24,370 bases of DNA from Armatimonadota bacterium (lineage in GTDB: Bacteria; Cloacimonadota; Cloacimonadia; Cloacimonadales; TCS61), in contig JAUWNO010000001.1 of NCBI GenBank assembly GCA_030612605.1, positions 1 to 24,370 of the forward strand, written 5' to 3'. Below are positions 24,071 through 24,370 of the stretch, piece by piece. Positions within the stretch are counted from its first letter, which is position 1, and each line of letters opens with the position of its first letter. The notes beneath the pieces were generated by a model. That model did no database searches. It saw only the letters and a list, made by a program, of their open reading frames with translations, and was not told where the DNA came from. The position numbers and the translations under genes were made by a program.

Positions 24071-24137
24071 AGCTAACTGGCTAACAAGCTAATGGCTAAC
24101 CAGCTAAAGGCTAACAAGCTAACGGCTAACCAGCTAA
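24071..24137. repeat. Tandem GCTAA-core repeat, 9 units with ~15-bp higher-order periodicity
   Basis: agctaact ggctaaca agctaat ggctaacc agctaaa ggctaaca agctaac ggctaacc agctaaa. Confidence 0.9.
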
Positions 24138-24370
24138 ATTCTACAAATTTTACAAATTCCTTCGTTTATTTTTAAGAATGACTTTTTAAAAATCTCATTA
24201 ATTTTTTCAAGTTTATTTTTTTTAAGATGCTGATAAATTATCCGGCGTTCTGCATACTGATTCTTTTCATGAGCCAAATATTCGTTATCCTTATATTCAA
24301 TATCAAATTCAGAAAAATGCGTTTGTTTCCCATCTTTAGTAATTTTTATAAGCATTCCATTTTTTATTTC
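24134..24370 (-). CDS. 3' end of an unidentified CDS running off the window edge
   Basis: Frame is open from the window end (EIKNG-MLIKITKDG...) to a stop at 24134; same strand as its neighbours; no motif recognised. Confidence 0.45.
   Translation of the reverse strand, partial: EIKNGMLIKITKDGKQTHFSEFDIEYKDNEYLAHEKNQYAERRIIYQHLKKNKLEKINEIFKKSFLKINEGICKICRI

Overview
AT-rich bacterial chromosomal window, probably from an FCB-group organism such as Candidatus Cloacimonadota. That assignment is an inference from two secreted proteins ending in a PNPF-type FlgD-Ig/T9SS-like C-terminal domain and from the gene content. Genes in 1-7562 are on the + strand: purA (with an early in-frame TAA), a GNAT-like protein, a PlsY-like protein, rpmH-rnpA-yidD-yidC-jag and an MBL-fold hydrolase. 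Genes in 7931-24370 are all on the - strand: FG-GAP secreted protein, metallophosphoesterase-CBM9-like protein, orphan family-3 solute-binding lipoprotein, DUF6338-like protein plus an uncalled 45-aa Pro-rich ORF, comM/yifB, triple lamin-tail protein, HEPN/MNT pair, nnr, histidine kinase with an extra membrane tail, mazG, peptidase-MA-like protein, single-domain response regulator and a truncated four-helix-bundle gene. The most notable signals are: (i) the FG-GAP gene is bounded by perfectly complementary integron-type cores (GTTAGGCACAG / CTGTGCCTAAC) embedded in attC-like hairpins, so it looks like a stranded integron cassette with no integrase in view; (ii) a DUF6338 + poly-proline micropeptide module followed by an attC-like half-site; (iii) several families of short palindromic repeats, some nested in one another and one inserted in frame in nnr. 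No rRNA, tRNA, CRISPR array, integrase or transposase was recognised.
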